Shown here: piece by piece, positions 1 through 12,633 of the stretch
Layout of the letters: the number at the start of each line of letters is the position of its first letter
Position numbering within the stretch: the first letter of the stretch is position 1
NCBI GenBank assembly: GCA_030390025.1
Contig: CM059432.1
Coordinates: forward strand, 103,170,001 to 103,234,000
Length of the DNA: 64,000 nt
Reading direction: 5' to 3'
Source of the DNA: Squalus acanthias
Taxonomy: Eukaryota
The notes under the pieces: model-generated
Seen by the model: only the letters and a program-made list of their open reading frames with translations
Database searches by the model: none
What the model was told of the DNA's origin: nothing
Translations under genes and position numbers: made by a program

Positions 1-200
1 GGACGGGCTTCACTTGAACCATGCTGGGGCTAGAGTCCTGGCAAATCGAATAACTAGGGCTGTAGAGAGGGCTTTAAACAAAATAGTGGGGGGGAGGATC
101 CAGGTGAGCGGGAAAATAAAAAGTCAATGAGAAATGAGAAAGCAACAGAGCAGGCTAGAGATGGGGAAATAATAACCAGAGTGTGACAGGAAGGGACAGA

Positions 201-1092
201 GGGGGAGAAATTCAGTATCGCCCCATTTGGGACACAATTATCGGCTAGGCGCAAAGATTAGCGCCTGGCGCTAATTATCGCCTCCGACTGCAAACTTGAC
301 TTTTATCGCCCCTGGAGGTGATTGGAGCGCTAAATCAGGCGCTTCACACCTGTCTTAAGGCGCAAAGGCCGAGGAGCGAGGCGCTACCTCAGAGCGCTGG
401 CGAAGCTCATGTCATGTCAGTCTGCAATGGAACACACACACAATGGCGCCGGCCAGTTCTTAAAGGGGAGGGTTGATCTTGCTTTCCATCCACATCCTAC
501 TCATTGCAGCCTTGAATCTCGGCCCAGAGACACCTGTACATCAAATGTGCTGGAAAGAACAATGGAGAGAACCAGGGAAAGAGCTCAGAGTGCAGCCCCC
601 ACAGTCTCTTCTAAATCGATTCAAGAAAGGGCAAATCAAAATGAACCTGCAAAGTGCTGCTCAGTACCCAAAACTCTTTCACACAGCGTTGAATCTCTCC
701 AGAAGTCTCTCTCTCGCTCTCTCAGAATACGTGTTTCAAAAATGTCACCAACAATAAAAGGCAGGAAGCGGTCGCCTTTAGATAGCGCTCCCCCAGTCCC
801 TTCCTGACTGCAAAACGCTCCCCTCAACCTGTCGTTGCTAGCGGCAGGTGGTAAGGCAGGGGCGCCACTCAATATCCGCTACAGGGCGATACCGGGGCGT
901 TGCGCACTCGACTGACGTCACGATCTGCCGGTGCAGGAGATCGTAGCGGTAGTGTTTAGCGCCGCCGCAAAATGTCTAGTTAATTCCGCGAGCGGCGCAA
1001 ACATCACCGCGCCCGGGCACTAGTTGCTTTGCACCCCATTAGCGCCCTCTTAAGGCGCTAACGGGAGACGCAACCAACTGAATTTTTCCCCC
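201..1092. mobile_element. Non-autonomous PIF/Harbinger element (MITE family A), copy 1
   Basis: TIR GGGGGAGAAATTCAGT / ACTGAATTTTTCCCCC; 3-bp TSD AGA/AGA; closely related copies at 25184-26078 and 43273-43765. Confidence 0.9.
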
Positions 1093-3181
1093 AGAATGTT
1101 TAAAAATAAGAGTGTAACAGAAAAAAAGGCCAAAACAAGGAAAAATGGTAAAAAGACAAAGTTAAAAGCTCGATATCTGAATGCACGCAGCATTTGTAAC
1201 AAGATAAATGAGTTGACGGCACAAATAGATACAAATGGGTATGATCTGATCGCCATTACAGAGACGTGGTTGCAAGGTGACCAGGGCTGGGAACTGAATA
1301 TTCCAGGGTATATGATAATTCGGAAGGATAGAAAGAAAGGAAAGGGAGGTGGGGTGGCTTTGTTGGTAAAAGATGGGATCAGTGCAGTGGTGAGAAGTGA
1401 TATTGGCTCAGAAGATCAAGATGTAGAATCGGTTTGGGTGGAGATAAAAAATAATAAGGGGAAAAAGTCTCTAGTGGGCGTAGTCTACAGGCCCCCGAAC
1501 AGTAGCAATGCTGTTGGACAGAGTATAAATCAACAAATAATGGAGGCCTGTAAAAAAGGTACGGTAATAATCATGGGTGATTTTAATCTCCATATTGATT
1601 GGACAAATCAAATTGGCCATGGTAGCCTGGAGGAGGAGTTCATAGAGTGCATCCGGGATGTTTTCCTAGAACAGCATGTAATGGAACCAACCAGGGAGCA
1701 GGCTATCTTGGATCTGGTACTATGTAATGAGACAGAATTAATAAATGATCTCATAGTAAAGGATCCTCTAGGAAAGAGTGATCATAGCATGGTTGAATTT
1801 CAAATTCAGTTGGAGGATGAGAAAGTTGTAGCCCAAACCAGTGTCCTGATCTTAAACAAAGGCAATTATAATGGCATGAGGGCAGAACTGGCTAAAGTGG
1901 ACTGGAAAAACAAATTAAAGGGTAAGAAAGTTGAAATGCAGTGATGGACATTTAAGGGGATATTTCATAACTCTCAACAAAAATATATTCCAGTGAGAAA
2001 GAAAGATTTTAAGAGAAGGGAGCACCATCCGTGGCTAACTAAGGAAGTAAAGGATGGTATCAAATTGAAAATGAAGGCATACAATGTTGCGAAGATTGGT
2101 GGGAGGCCAGAGGATTGGGAATTTTTAAAAAACCAGCAAAGGATGACTAAAAAAATAATAAAGAGAGAGAAGATGAATTATGAGAGTAAGCTGGCAAGAA
2201 ACATTAAAACAGATAGTAAGAGCTTCTACAGGTATATAAAAAGGAAGAGGGTAGCTAAAGTAAACGTTGGTCCCTTAGAGGATGAGACTGGGGAATTAAT
2301 AATGGGGAATGGGGAAATGGCAGAGACTCTGAACCAATATTTTGCATCTGTCTTCACTGTAGAAGACACTAACAACATCCCAATAATGGATAATCAAGGG
2401 GCCACAGGGAGTGGGGAACTAAAGACAATCACTATCACTAAGGAAATAGTACTCGGTAAAATAGTGGGACTAAAAGACGACAAGTCCCCTGGACCAGATG
2501 GCTTGCATCCCAGGGTCTTAAAAGAAGTGGCTGCAGAGATAGTGGATGCATTGCTTGCAATATACCAAAATTCTCTGGACTCTGAAGAGGTCCCAGTGGA
2601 TTGGAAAACCATTAATGTAACACCCCTATTTAAGAAAGGAGGGTGACAGAAAGCAGGAAACTATAGACCAGTTAGCCTAACATCTGTCGTTGGGAAAATG
2701 CTGGAGTCCTTCATTAAGGAAGCAGTAGCAGGGCATTTAGAAAAACATACTGCAGTCAAACAGAGTCAGCATGGTTTTAGGAAAGGGAAATCATGTTTAA
2801 CAAATTTGCTGGAGTTCTTTGAGGATGTAACAAGCAGGGTGGACAAGGGTGAGCCAGTGGATGTGGTGTATTTGGATTTCCAGAAGGCATTTGATAAGGT
2901 GCCACATAAAAGGTTACTGCATAAGATAAGAGCTCACGGAGTTGGGGGTAATATATTAGCATCGATAGAGAATTGGTTAACTAACAGAAAGCAGAGTCGG
3001 GATAAATGGGTCATTTTCTGGTTGGCAAATGGTAACTAGTGGGGTGCCACAAGGATCAGTGCTGGGGCTCCAACTATTTACAATCTACATTAATGACTTG
3101 GATGAAGGGATCGAGTGTAATGTAGCCAAGTTTGCAGATGATACAAAGATGGGTGGGAAAGCAAATTGTGCAGAGGACTCT

Positions 3182-3962
3182 GGGCTGGATTTTGAATGAC
3201 CCATGGAGTCGGGTTTGGAGGCGTGTGGGGGGTTAAATTTGCGGGGTCGGGGTTTCCGACCCCATCCCGCCTCCACACAATTTTGACATAATCAGTCGCG
3301 GGGTTCCCGACTCCGTCCCGCCTTCAAGAGGCGGGAGAGGCCATTAAAGCCCTTAACAAACTCTAAATTGGCTCTGTAATGCCATTTTGAAACGCTGTAG
3401 CTAGTTTAACCCTTTTCTGACGTGAAGCACGCCTGGTGTGAAACACTCCAGTGAAACCTGGCAGGAGCACAAGTGGATAGCTGACTATCGGCTGCAGGTG
3501 CACTATTACAACGGAGATGTGATGAAGGTAGTAGTATTAGGTCTGAACGTCGCCTCTGATGCTGCTGCATTGAATGTCTTCAGAGACTGCCTGGGAGGAC
3601 TTGCTTGGCAAAAAAAAATTCTCTCTCTCTTTCTCTCTTTCTCTCTTTCTCTCTCTTTCTCTCTCTTTCTCTCTCTCTCTCTCTCCACCACACCCCCCAC
3701 CCACCTTCTTGCATCCAGGTCCACTCACATCAAAAGCCAGGCAGGTCCTCTCTCACCAACACTCTCTGAGACTAGGCAGTCAACAATGATGACATCATCA
3801 GAGGCGACTTTCAGACTGAAACCACTAATTAGTTCATGGGTTCCCACATGCTGCAACTCAATTGCCCAATTAAGTGAAAATTGCATCAGGCATCCACATT
3901 AATCTGGAGTCAGGGGGGAACACGAAATGCGGATTACACGACCCCAAGACAAAATCCAGCCC
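3182..3962. mobile_element. Non-autonomous Harbinger-type element with an internal (CT)n tract
   Basis: TIR GGGCTGGATTTT / AAAATCCAGCCC; flanks TCT/TTT; splits the CR1 RT coding sequence, which rejoins across it. Confidence 0.85.
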
Positions 3963-4853
3963 TTTAAAGAATCTGAAAAGGGATATAGACAGGCTAAGTG
4001 AGTGGGCAAACATTTGGCAGATGGAGTATAATGTGGGAAAGTGCGAGGTTATCCACTTTGGCAGGAAAAATAAAAAAGCAAACTATTATTTAAATGGAGA
4101 GAGATTACAAAATGCTACACTTCAGAGGGACCTGGGGGTCCTTGTGCATGAAACACAAAAAGTTAGCATGCAGGTACAGCAAGTAATCAAAAAGGCAAAT
4201 GGAATGTTGGCCTTTATTTCAAGGGGGTTGGAGTATAAAAGCAGGGAAGTCGTGCTACAACTGTACAAGGTATTGGTGAGACCACACCTTGAGTACTGCA
4301 TACAGTTTTGGTCTCCTTATTTAAGGAAGGATATACTTGCATTGGAGGCAGTTCAGAGATGATTCACTAGGTTAATTCCAGAGATGAGGGGTTTGACTTA
4401 TGAGGAAAGGTTGAGCAGGCTGGGCCTATACTCATTGGAATTTAGAAGAATAAGAGGTGATCTTATCGAAACATATAAGATACTGAGGGGGCTCGACAGG
4501 GTAGATGCAGAGAGGATGTTTCCCCTCATGGGGAAATCTAGAACTCGGGGCCACAATCTCAGAATAAAGGGTCGCCCTTTTAGAACTGAGATGAGGAGGA
4601 ACTTCTTCTCTCAGAGGGTCGTAAATTGATGGAATTCTCTGCCCCAGAGAGCTGTGGAGGCTGGGTCATTAAATACATTTAAAGTGGAGATTGACAAATT
4701 TTTGCAAGATAAGGGAGTGAAGGGTTATGGGGAGCGGGCTGGGAAGTGGCTTTGAGCCCAAGATCAGCCATGATCTTATTGAATGGCAGAGCAGGCTCGA
4801 GGGGCCAAGTGGCCTATTCCTGCTCCTATTTCTTATGCTCTTATGTTCTTATG

Positions 4854-5075
4854 TGTAAGAGGCCGAGGACAGTGAGGTCAGAGTCGGAGTGGAGTGGAGA
4901 ATTAAAGTGACAGACGACCGGAAGCTCAGGGTCACCCTTACAGACTGAATGGAGGTGTTCCGCAAAGTGGTCACCCAATCTGCGTTTGGTCTCCCCAATG
5001 TAGAGGAGACCGCATCGTGAGCAGCGAATACAGTATACTAAATTGCAAGAATTACAAGTAAATCGCTGTTTCACC
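4854..5075 (-). mobile_element. Penelope-like element fragment (GIY-YIG endonuclease)
   Basis: FTCNSCNLVYCIRCSRCGLLYIGETKRRLGDHFAEH; nearly the same as 51703-52032. Confidence 0.9.
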
Positions 5076-5139
5076 TCATTATATAAAACAATTGGAATGA
5101 CACATGATGTCATACATAAAATGTAGATAGCAATAAAAG

Positions 5140-5608
5140 TTATGTCTTTTGACAGATTAAAGTAGTTTGCTTCAGGTTCATCAGTAAAATAAGTCCATAA
5201 ACATTAGAAGGCTTATTTGTCCTGTGGGATATGTTAATCCAACAGAAGCCATCTTCCTCATACTGTCTATTTCACAAGCTCTTCACAATGTTTTACATAT
5301 TCATAAATGTACATTGAAAGCTATGTTAAAGAGGATCAAATGAGATAAGCCTCTTTATAATTTCCATCCTCCATACAATGTACAATTTAAGCAAAGTAGC
5401 CTAGAAATTGGATCACGCAGTGCCCGTTTTTCAGGCAGAAAATGGGCACCGAAAGGTCCAATATGGCGTGCGGCGGAACACGCTCATTCTGTGCCAGGTA
5501 TGCACCGCACGCCATCTTGGTTGGGGTGCCCTGTAGTCGCCATGGGCACCCGCTTGACTGTGCCCATCCCTCCTCAGCTGCAATTGCTCCAGTAATATTT
5601 CAACTGCC
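5140..5608 (-). pseudogene. Putative last coding exon of the pseudogene, interrupted by a MITE fragment (~5399-5570)
   Basis: Acceptor ttttctgccag|GG; phase 1 fits the previous exon; GQLKILLEQLQLRR ... FA*IVHCMEDGNYKEAYLI* ... NVYGLILLMNLKQTTLICQKT*. Confidence 0.5.
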
Positions 5609-5791
5609 CTGGCAGAAAAGCCAAAAGTAAGCCAAATGTCCTGCTACAAGATAAGTCAGCAAAGCCCCTGACTGCCATTGTTATTCTTTGGCCAGAAAAT
5701 ATTTAATGCTCCTTTAAACAGCTTCATGAGTTTTTCCACCCTCTAATAGGCAAGCTGCCAATCTAAGGTGTTACACAAGCCAGTAACTCAC

Positions 5792-5924
5792 CCACATTAT
5801 GTCAATTATGTTGAAGCCAGAAACTCATCTGAGCTCCATGCTCATAGTCTCAAGGTGGTACAAGTCCCATCGTATCTGGCTCCCATCGGAATCAGAAGTG
5901 GGAATCAAAATTGGCTGCCATTAG
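5792..5924 (-). pseudogene. Pseudo-exon
   Basis: ttttaattag|CTA ... GTGG|gtgagt; 133 nt, phase 0 to 1; LMAANFDSHF*FRWEPDTMGLVPP*DYEHGAQMSFWLQHN*HNV. Confidence 0.6.
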
Positions 5925-6041
5925 CTAATTAAAAAGTTTTATTTTATTTTGTTATTTATAAATTAATTTATTGTGGAACAAAGAGAACTTTAGGTTTAGT
6001 GTCCAGGAAGAGAAACTTATCCCACCCACCACCATACTTAC

Positions 6042-6226
6042 CTTAGCAATTTTATTCTGCCTCAGTTTCTGGATCCACAAAAAAAGGAATTCCAGAGATA
6101 ACCCAGTTGTCTTGACAACTTCCACTAGTAGATAGTGTGAGAGGGGTGGAAGGGAAGACAAACAGAGCAGTATTCATGTACTCTTAACAAGTTATGTATC
6201 ATCCTATCGAATCTAATGACATCTGA
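6042..6226 (-). pseudogene. Pseudo-exon with a 1-nt frameshift
   Basis: ttacttcag|TCA ... AAG|gtaagt; 185 nt (one short of 186); SDVIRFDRMIHNLLRVHEYCSVC / SSLPPLSHYLLVEVVKTTGLSLEFLFLWIQKLRQNKIAK. Confidence 0.6.
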
Positions 6227-6467
6227 CTGAAGTAAACACTAGGGTAGATCTTTAACACCCAAGAACGGTTGGGAAGGGGTCAGGTGGGAAGTAAAAATAG
6301 AAGAAAATTAAAGAGCGACCACAACCCGACTCCAGCGCGCCCACTTCTGGGTTTAAATGAGGCGTGTTTGCCTGCGAGCAAGTAACCTGCTTGGCAGAGT
6401 CGGCAAGATCATTAGCACAGGCGGTTCGGCAGCTAACACACCATTTAGCCTGAAAATTCAATAGAAC

Positions 6468-8098
6468 TGTAAGGGGTGACCTGCGGCTCTGTGCTTAGCC
6501 TGGGTGCTAGTGCGAGGTTAGGCCTTGTTGCCTGTTCTGGTCTCCAGCCAGCCTGGTAACACCAGACACCTGTGAGTGGTTCGACCCACTCGCCCTTACG
6601 GTTCTGACACTGGACTTAGGTGCGAGAGCAATAATGCAGAGAAAACTCAGGTAGACCCGGTTGAATAGTGCGAAATGGAAAATCTTTATTGCATATTATT
6701 CAAGATTACGAGATACATGTCATAAGCACAGATTAATGACAGTACAATCTTACACACAGTTATGTAACTAATTTTAGGGAAACGAGGAGCGCATGACACA
6801 TCGTAAAAAGGGACACACATTACAATTATCCTTAAAACTTAAACCCTCCCCTATCAATACCTGTCCTAATTTAGATTTGTAGGATCGAGACTCATGCTCA
6901 CCACTCGTGATAACTCGGAGAATTCCGAAACTCTGCTCGGATGTTTTTACCGCAGCACCTGACTATCCACGTGTTGATCAGGGGTCTCTGTACCCCACTT
7001 GTTTACTCGTTTCTGCTCCGGCTAGCAGGCTGGACCGTCTGCTGTCATGAAGGTCTGTGTCGTCCTCTGAGTTCCGATACTACTCGAAGAAGAGTCTTCC
7101 TGTGCCCTCACCAGTTTGTAAAATTCAAAAAATGGTCTTCCTGGGCAAGGAAAGTGTTTATTCGACTTACAGGCGCGGTCGGGGCTTACTGACCGTGGCG
7201 ATACGTATTGTCGTCTTCTTCTCTTCTCATCTCATCTCATCTCGTCTCGGGGCTTCGGTTCCAACACCGTTTACCGACTTCTCGGGATGGCGTGTCCATT
7301 TCAAGGCCTCACAGCCCAGTTCTACACAGATCTTCGCGGCAAGCCACGAGGTTGATCCTAGCGGATCAGAGTCCAGAGCCGTCAGGCAAGAGAATAAAAG
7401 TTCAACAGTCTTCCAGCGAGTCAAAACAGCAAGAGCAGCAAGAGGCAGGCGGCAAGAGACAAGAGAGAGATGGACGGTTGTACCTTACAGTTATAGTGCT
7501 GTAATTCCTCTTTTCCCGCCCAATCTTAATGTCTATCTTTTGTCAGGGTTTTGGCGCTCAAACTTCTTGTATAGGGTGATCTCCGTTTTTAATGGGTTTC
7601 GGTGATACTTGTAACTGTCTGAGTACCCGTTAATACTTCTCCCATTGTGTAACCGGCTAGTAGTCTCCCTGGAGGGGTTTTGGGGCTTCCAAATGCTTTC
7701 TGTAACTACCCGCAAACGGCTCTCTCATCGTAGAGTCGTGGGGATTTTGCATATTAATGTCTTTGGATGGGTTCTTGATCGCTCGGTACAATAGCCCTTA
7801 TTCGCACCTGGGAGACCGATTCCAGTATTTATGTATAAAATGCAAACCCATCATGTCTTGTCAATTATCTCAAATGTGCTGAGTCCTGTACGATCTTGCA
7901 CAAATGTTTATTGGAACGCCATCTTGTCTGCTCATTGAAAGTCTAGAACGTTCTGCCACGAGGCATGGCGGCCATTTTACAGGCTGTTTGTGTCCGCTTT
8001 GAAAACCTGACAGCATTCTGCTGAAATAAAGCTGTTTGTACGAAACTTTATGTCTCCTTCTTATTTTATAAAATCGCGATAATTTTGCGAATTCTACA
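6468..8098 (-). mobile_element. Long (1.63 kb) solo LTR
   Basis: TGTAAG...CTACA termini; perfect 4-bp TSD GAAC/GAAC; AATAAA on the minus strand near 6686; homologous to 58581-60259. Confidence 0.9.
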
Positions 8099-8471
8099 GA
8101 ACTAAGGGGAACTTCAATTCATTTTAACATTCTTTTGAATGTAACTCCTCCAGCACGTGTTTCCCGGGGCTCGGGAAACTCACCAGTGTAAAGGAGGTGA
8201 GTTTGAGGTGCAGTACATGGGTGGGTTCAAAGTTCAGATTACCCGATCTAAATGAAGGCTCAGTTCTTGCCATTGCTTTGCCAGTTCCCTCTGGCAAATG
8301 TTTAGCAGGGAGTTCTTGTCAGCATAAAGGTTCTTGAGAAGTTTGCAGCCTTTCAAACAGACAACAGTCGGGTGGGGGGGTGCCATGGATGTTTTTGACA
8401 CTTCATTCGACGAGGAAGACCATCAGAATCCACGGCAGCGACGTCATGCTGTGGTGGAATAAGTAGGTGAA

Positions 8472-8530
8472 CAGGAGAGAGGTACACAGGAGAGAGGTAC
8501 ACAGGAGAGAGGTACACAGGAGAGAGGTGT
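8472..8530 (+). repeat. Tandem 15-bp repeat (ACAGGAGAGAGGTAC) x ~4
   Basis: Directly visible; encodes SPVYL repeats on the minus strand. Confidence 0.9.
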
Positions 8531-9680
8531 AGAACAGCAGAGAGGAGATCAAAAGAGGGGCCAAGGTTGCAGGAGGCACTACCCATCTGAGAGGAGCTAC
8601 CGACAAGAGGCTCAGCTTCCTTGACCTATCTGAAGAGTAGTGCTTCCGCAGGCTCTGATTGACGTGCCAGATAGTCGCTGACGTCTGCAGCCGCCTTCGA
8701 GAAGAGCTGCTCCCTGCTAAACCTGGTGGCTACGCATTGCCCATTGTCATCAAAGTCATCACTGCCCTCAATTCCTTTGCCTCTGTCTCTTTCCAGTGTG
8801 CCACCACATACATGTCCAGGGTCTTTCAGTCAGCTGCCATTAAATGTATAAGGCAGGTCACAGATGGGGTGTTGGTGTATGTCAACTTGCCCTGTGACGA
8901 TAGTAGCCAGAATTAGCCGGCACTCACATTCACCTCCCTGGCTGGCTTGCCACAGGTACAGGGTGCTATCGATTGTGGCAATCCGAGGACCATCACAGCA
9001 ACCAAGAGTTTTTATCAACCGCAGGAGATTTTATTCCATCAGTGCGCGGCTGTTGTGCAACCACAAAAAGAGGTTCATGCAGGTGTGTGCCAGATTTTCT
9101 GGGAGCTGTTATGATGCATTCATGCTGCAGCAGTCCAATATTCCAGAGCTTTTCATTCCAGGAAAAAGACTTAAGGGCTGACTTACAGAAGACAAGGGAT
9201 ATCCCCGTCAAACTTGGCTCATAACACCTGTGCGGAACCCCACCAATGAAGTGCAGGAGCGCTAGGATGAGAGTCACATGACCACCAGATCATAGAGCAA
9301 GCCATCGGAATGTTGAAGATATGTTTCAGGTGCCTAGATAGGACTGGAGCCGCCTTTCAGTACTTGCCAGTGAGGGCGTCCAGAATCATAGTGGTGTGCT
9401 GCGTCCTGCACATTACGCATCAGAGAGGATTGCAAGTGGAGGAAGAGGAAAGCACTCATCAGGCATCTTCAGATCAGGAGAACATTGAAGAAGAGGAGGA
9501 GGAGGAGGAATATAAAGATGGGGCACCCATCTCCAGACCAGATGTGTACATTCCTGCCAAGCCGGCCAGGGATGCCCTCATAGCTAGAATGTTCAGTTAA
9601 TTATTCCAACTTGAACAAATAACAAATGAAAGCCACCACATTGCACATCTGCCCAGTGGTTCCCGTCATGTTGTAAGTAT

Positions 9681-10214
9681 CCATTGGCAGGATAGGCACA
9701 CCAACGTCAGTGTTCTTGCTCAGGCCAACATCCCCAGCATCGAAGCTTTGACCATGCTTGATCAGCTCCGATGGATGGGCCACATCGTCCACATGCCCGA
9801 TACGAGACTCCCAAAACAAGCGCTCTACTCGGAACTCCGACACGGCAAGAGAGCCCCAGGTGGGCAGAGGAAATGCTTCAAGGACACCCTCAAAGCCTCC
9901 TTGAAAAAGTGCAACATCCCCACCAACACCTGGGAATCCCTGGCCCAAGACCGCACAAAGTGGAGATGAAGCATCCGGGAAGGCGCAGAACACCTCGAGT
10001 CTCTTCGCCGGGAGCAAGCGGAAGCCAAGCGCAAACAGCGGAAGGAGCGCACGTCAACCCAAGCACCCCACCTACCCGCCCCTTCAACCACCGTCTGCCC
10101 CACTTGTGACAGAGACTGTAGGTCCCGCATTGAACTCATCAGTCACCTGAGAACTCATTTTTAGTGTGGAAGCAACTCATCCTCGGTTCCGAGGGACTGC
10201 CTAAGAGAAGAAGA
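9681..10214 (+). mobile_element. 5'-truncated RTE (BovB-type) LINE
   Basis: QLRWMGHIVHMPDTRLPKQALYSELRHGKRAPGGQRKCFKDTLK; C2H2 tail; (AGA)n end; 8-bp TSD GTAAGTAT. Confidence 0.9.
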
Positions 10215-10427
10215 GTAAGTATATACAGACCCTTAATTCTTAATTTTGGTATATGCTTTGCCAGGCCAAAAGGTTTTTCGAAGTGAAATAAAGTTGATGA
10301 ATGTAACAGACTATCTTTCACTGATAAGTGGACATGGAATGTGCTTTGATGTGTTTTACTAAAAGGCAGCAGACATTTGTTGAGCAAAAGTGTTTTTAAA
10401 AGAAACTGTTGAATCTGCAAGCTGCTT

Positions 10428-11144
10428 TGTGATGGAGATATTTCAAGAGCTGTGTTTCAGATAGCAGACACTGGGCAGAACAAATGGTTGTGACTGCAGG
10501 GGGTAGTCATAGACAACAGAGATAAACAAACCCCCTCAGATTTGCAGACTTTGTGTCTACAACGAACAGGCCACAGGGTTGTGGAACGACTTTTGGTGGC
10601 TAAAGGGAGGAGTCAAACCTTGGGAGTTCTGAAATACAGGACGCAGCGTAACACATGAAATGTGACCGAGTGTTTACTGCCACTTCTGTAAACTTTTATG
10701 AGTGAATGAACAATTTGGGCTTTGATAAAGGCAGATAACAGGTAACCATACAGGATGTGTGGATGTGAAAGTTTGACAGCTCAAACAACTCAGGTCGAAC
10801 ATTAAAGGAACACCTCTCACAATCTGATTGATTTACTGAGAAAGGCAAGGAAAACTGTATAAAAGACAGTGACTAAAGATATCAGCACTGCAGTCGGAAG
10901 GAGGGGCCTGGCCAATCATCTCATCTCAAAGAGCTGCTGCAGTCAAGAGGAAGTGGCCTACAATCAATGGATACTGGACTGATCATCTGCGGGTGGTTGT
11001 ATGTATGATTTCTTGTAATATTATTGGTGGACTGCTCAAATAGTGCTTGGGGTTTTGAATCTGTCTTAAGAACAATAAAAGGTTAAAGGCAGAACCCGTG
11101 TCTGGTGTAATTTCTCATAAGTCTCAAGTTTGAACTCTATAACC
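10428..11144 (+). mobile_element. Probable solo LTR
   Basis: Inverted termini TGTGATGGAG / CTCTATAAC; TATAAAA near 10858 and AATAAA near 11074; no clean TSD. Confidence 0.55.
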
Positions 11145-11798
11145 TGTTGGACAGGGCGTGGGGTAATTCCGCATGTCCTACAGTGTACTGACATTCATCA
11201 TGAAACAAGTGAAAGGGCGAGCTGGCACTCGGCATGCAATAATGGGAAAGACGTGGAAGTGGTGCCAATCAACACATTTTATGTGGCGTTATAACAAAAG
11301 TAAACTTAACAACATAACATTTTGTGAAACACCCATGTGCATACCCTTGGTAAATTTCAATTGTTTGAACTTACACTTCCTTCTATGGCTTCAGCAGAGG
11401 TAGAGGCAGGCTGCTCAGATCCCTGCCCTGACTGCTGAGATGCTTTTGGCCTACGTCATCTGGGTTTATGAGCCTCTGAGGGCACCACCAGCTGAGCAGA
11501 GCTTGGAGAGGATTGCATCACCCGACGCGTACTCTCCACAGCTGTCACTGCCACCAGTGTCTGCTTGTGCTCACTTGTTAATCGTGAGTCACCAGGTGAA
11601 AACCCACTAACTCTCTAACTGGACCAAAGTGCAAGTATTTGCGCTGGTGCATGGCTGTTCATCCTGTGATGGTGCACCCTCAGAAGAAATGAGGTCTTCT
11701 GAGGAATCATCCTCCTGCATCTCCAGCGACACTTGCTGTATGCGTGAAGGCCCTGGAAGACAAAATAAAGGGATATGAATTAGTTGTGACAAAGTCAC

Positions 11799-12591
11799 TG
11801 TAGCTTCCAAAAGCTCTTATAATAATTTGTCCGTGACTACACAAACCACTCTGGGTACAGGTATATTGTGTATAAGAAAAACAGGTTTCTTAAGCATTAA
11901 ACATCCAGTACAAAGAAGTAATACTTAACAAGGAGATAGTCACAGTCTTGTTCTTTTGAGCCTCGGCGTTCCTTCAGAGCGACTGTGGCACGGTCTCTTT
12001 ATCCTCTTGCTGTTTTGTGTTGACTGAAGCTCGCTTCTCTGGTTTCTTGCTGTGTTCTGTCGACTGAAACTCCTTCAACTCTGGTTCGCGCTGCCTTCAG
12101 TGTTCAAAATCTGTATCTTTATACACTTTTCCTTCCTTTGCCTACATGACTGCAAACAGCTATCTGACACCTAGTACATGTTTTATGACCTTGTCGATCC
12201 CACTCGGACTCGCTTTGTACATATCAAAGTGCCTTTTATCTTTAGATATTCTCTTTCCAAAGACCATTTCCCAAGATGTTGTCTAAACAATCTGTCCATT
12301 TTATAATGGTATCACTGAGGGGTGCTCTCTCTTCTCCAACTATTATCTCTTTTCTATCACATTACTGAATACCACGTTCCTGATAGTCCCCATAAACTTA
12401 GCATTCCATTCCATTACTTCAGTAATTGAAAACAGAGCGAGTTTCAGTCAGGTTGGCATAATTTCCCATCCTGCTTTACTCTCAGCCATTCACCATTTTA
12501 TACAGGTTTTTAGGCTTTTAACATACAATTTCACATATTATAGTTATATAAAAATGTTTTACTAAATCATACAAATACACCCTATCCTACA
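11799..12591 (-). repeat. 3' LTR of the provirus
   Basis: Direct repeat of 16747-17539 with roughly 20 substitutions counted by eye. Confidence 0.95.
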
Positions 12592-12631
12592 AATCCCTAT
12601 CTTGAGGGCGAGGCATTTGCCAACCCCTCAA
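12592..12631 (-). promoter_or_regulatory. Polypurine tract with an overlapping hairpin
   Basis: Minus strand reads TTGAGGGG...CCCTCAAGATAGGGA-TT, immediately before the LTR TG. Confidence 0.65.
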
Positions 12632-12633
12632 AA

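Larger units (their letters stand above)
1..4853 (+). mobile_element. CR1 LINE (end of ORF1, degraded ORF2 endonuclease+RT, 3' tail), interrupted by two MITEs
   Basis: ORF1 end DGLHLNHAGARVLANRI at 2-57; ORF2 fragments with YLNARSI, ITETWL, YRPP, MGDFN, SDH, SPGPDG, QHGF, DFQKAFDKV, FADD, LVRPHLEY; (TTCTTATG)n tail ending about 4853. Confidence 0.95.

Noticed and set aside
409..872. Overlapping ORFs repeated at 25410-25854 and 43497-43754
   Set aside because: They recur only because they lie in copies of a MITE, and the frames are not conserved between copies
7057..7605. 182-aa ORF inside the long solo LTR
   Set aside because: Not preserved in the related LTR at 58581-60259 and has no recognisable motifs
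8472..8530. CRISPR-like repeat
   Set aside because: A spacer-less 15-bp minisatellite in eukaryotic DNA
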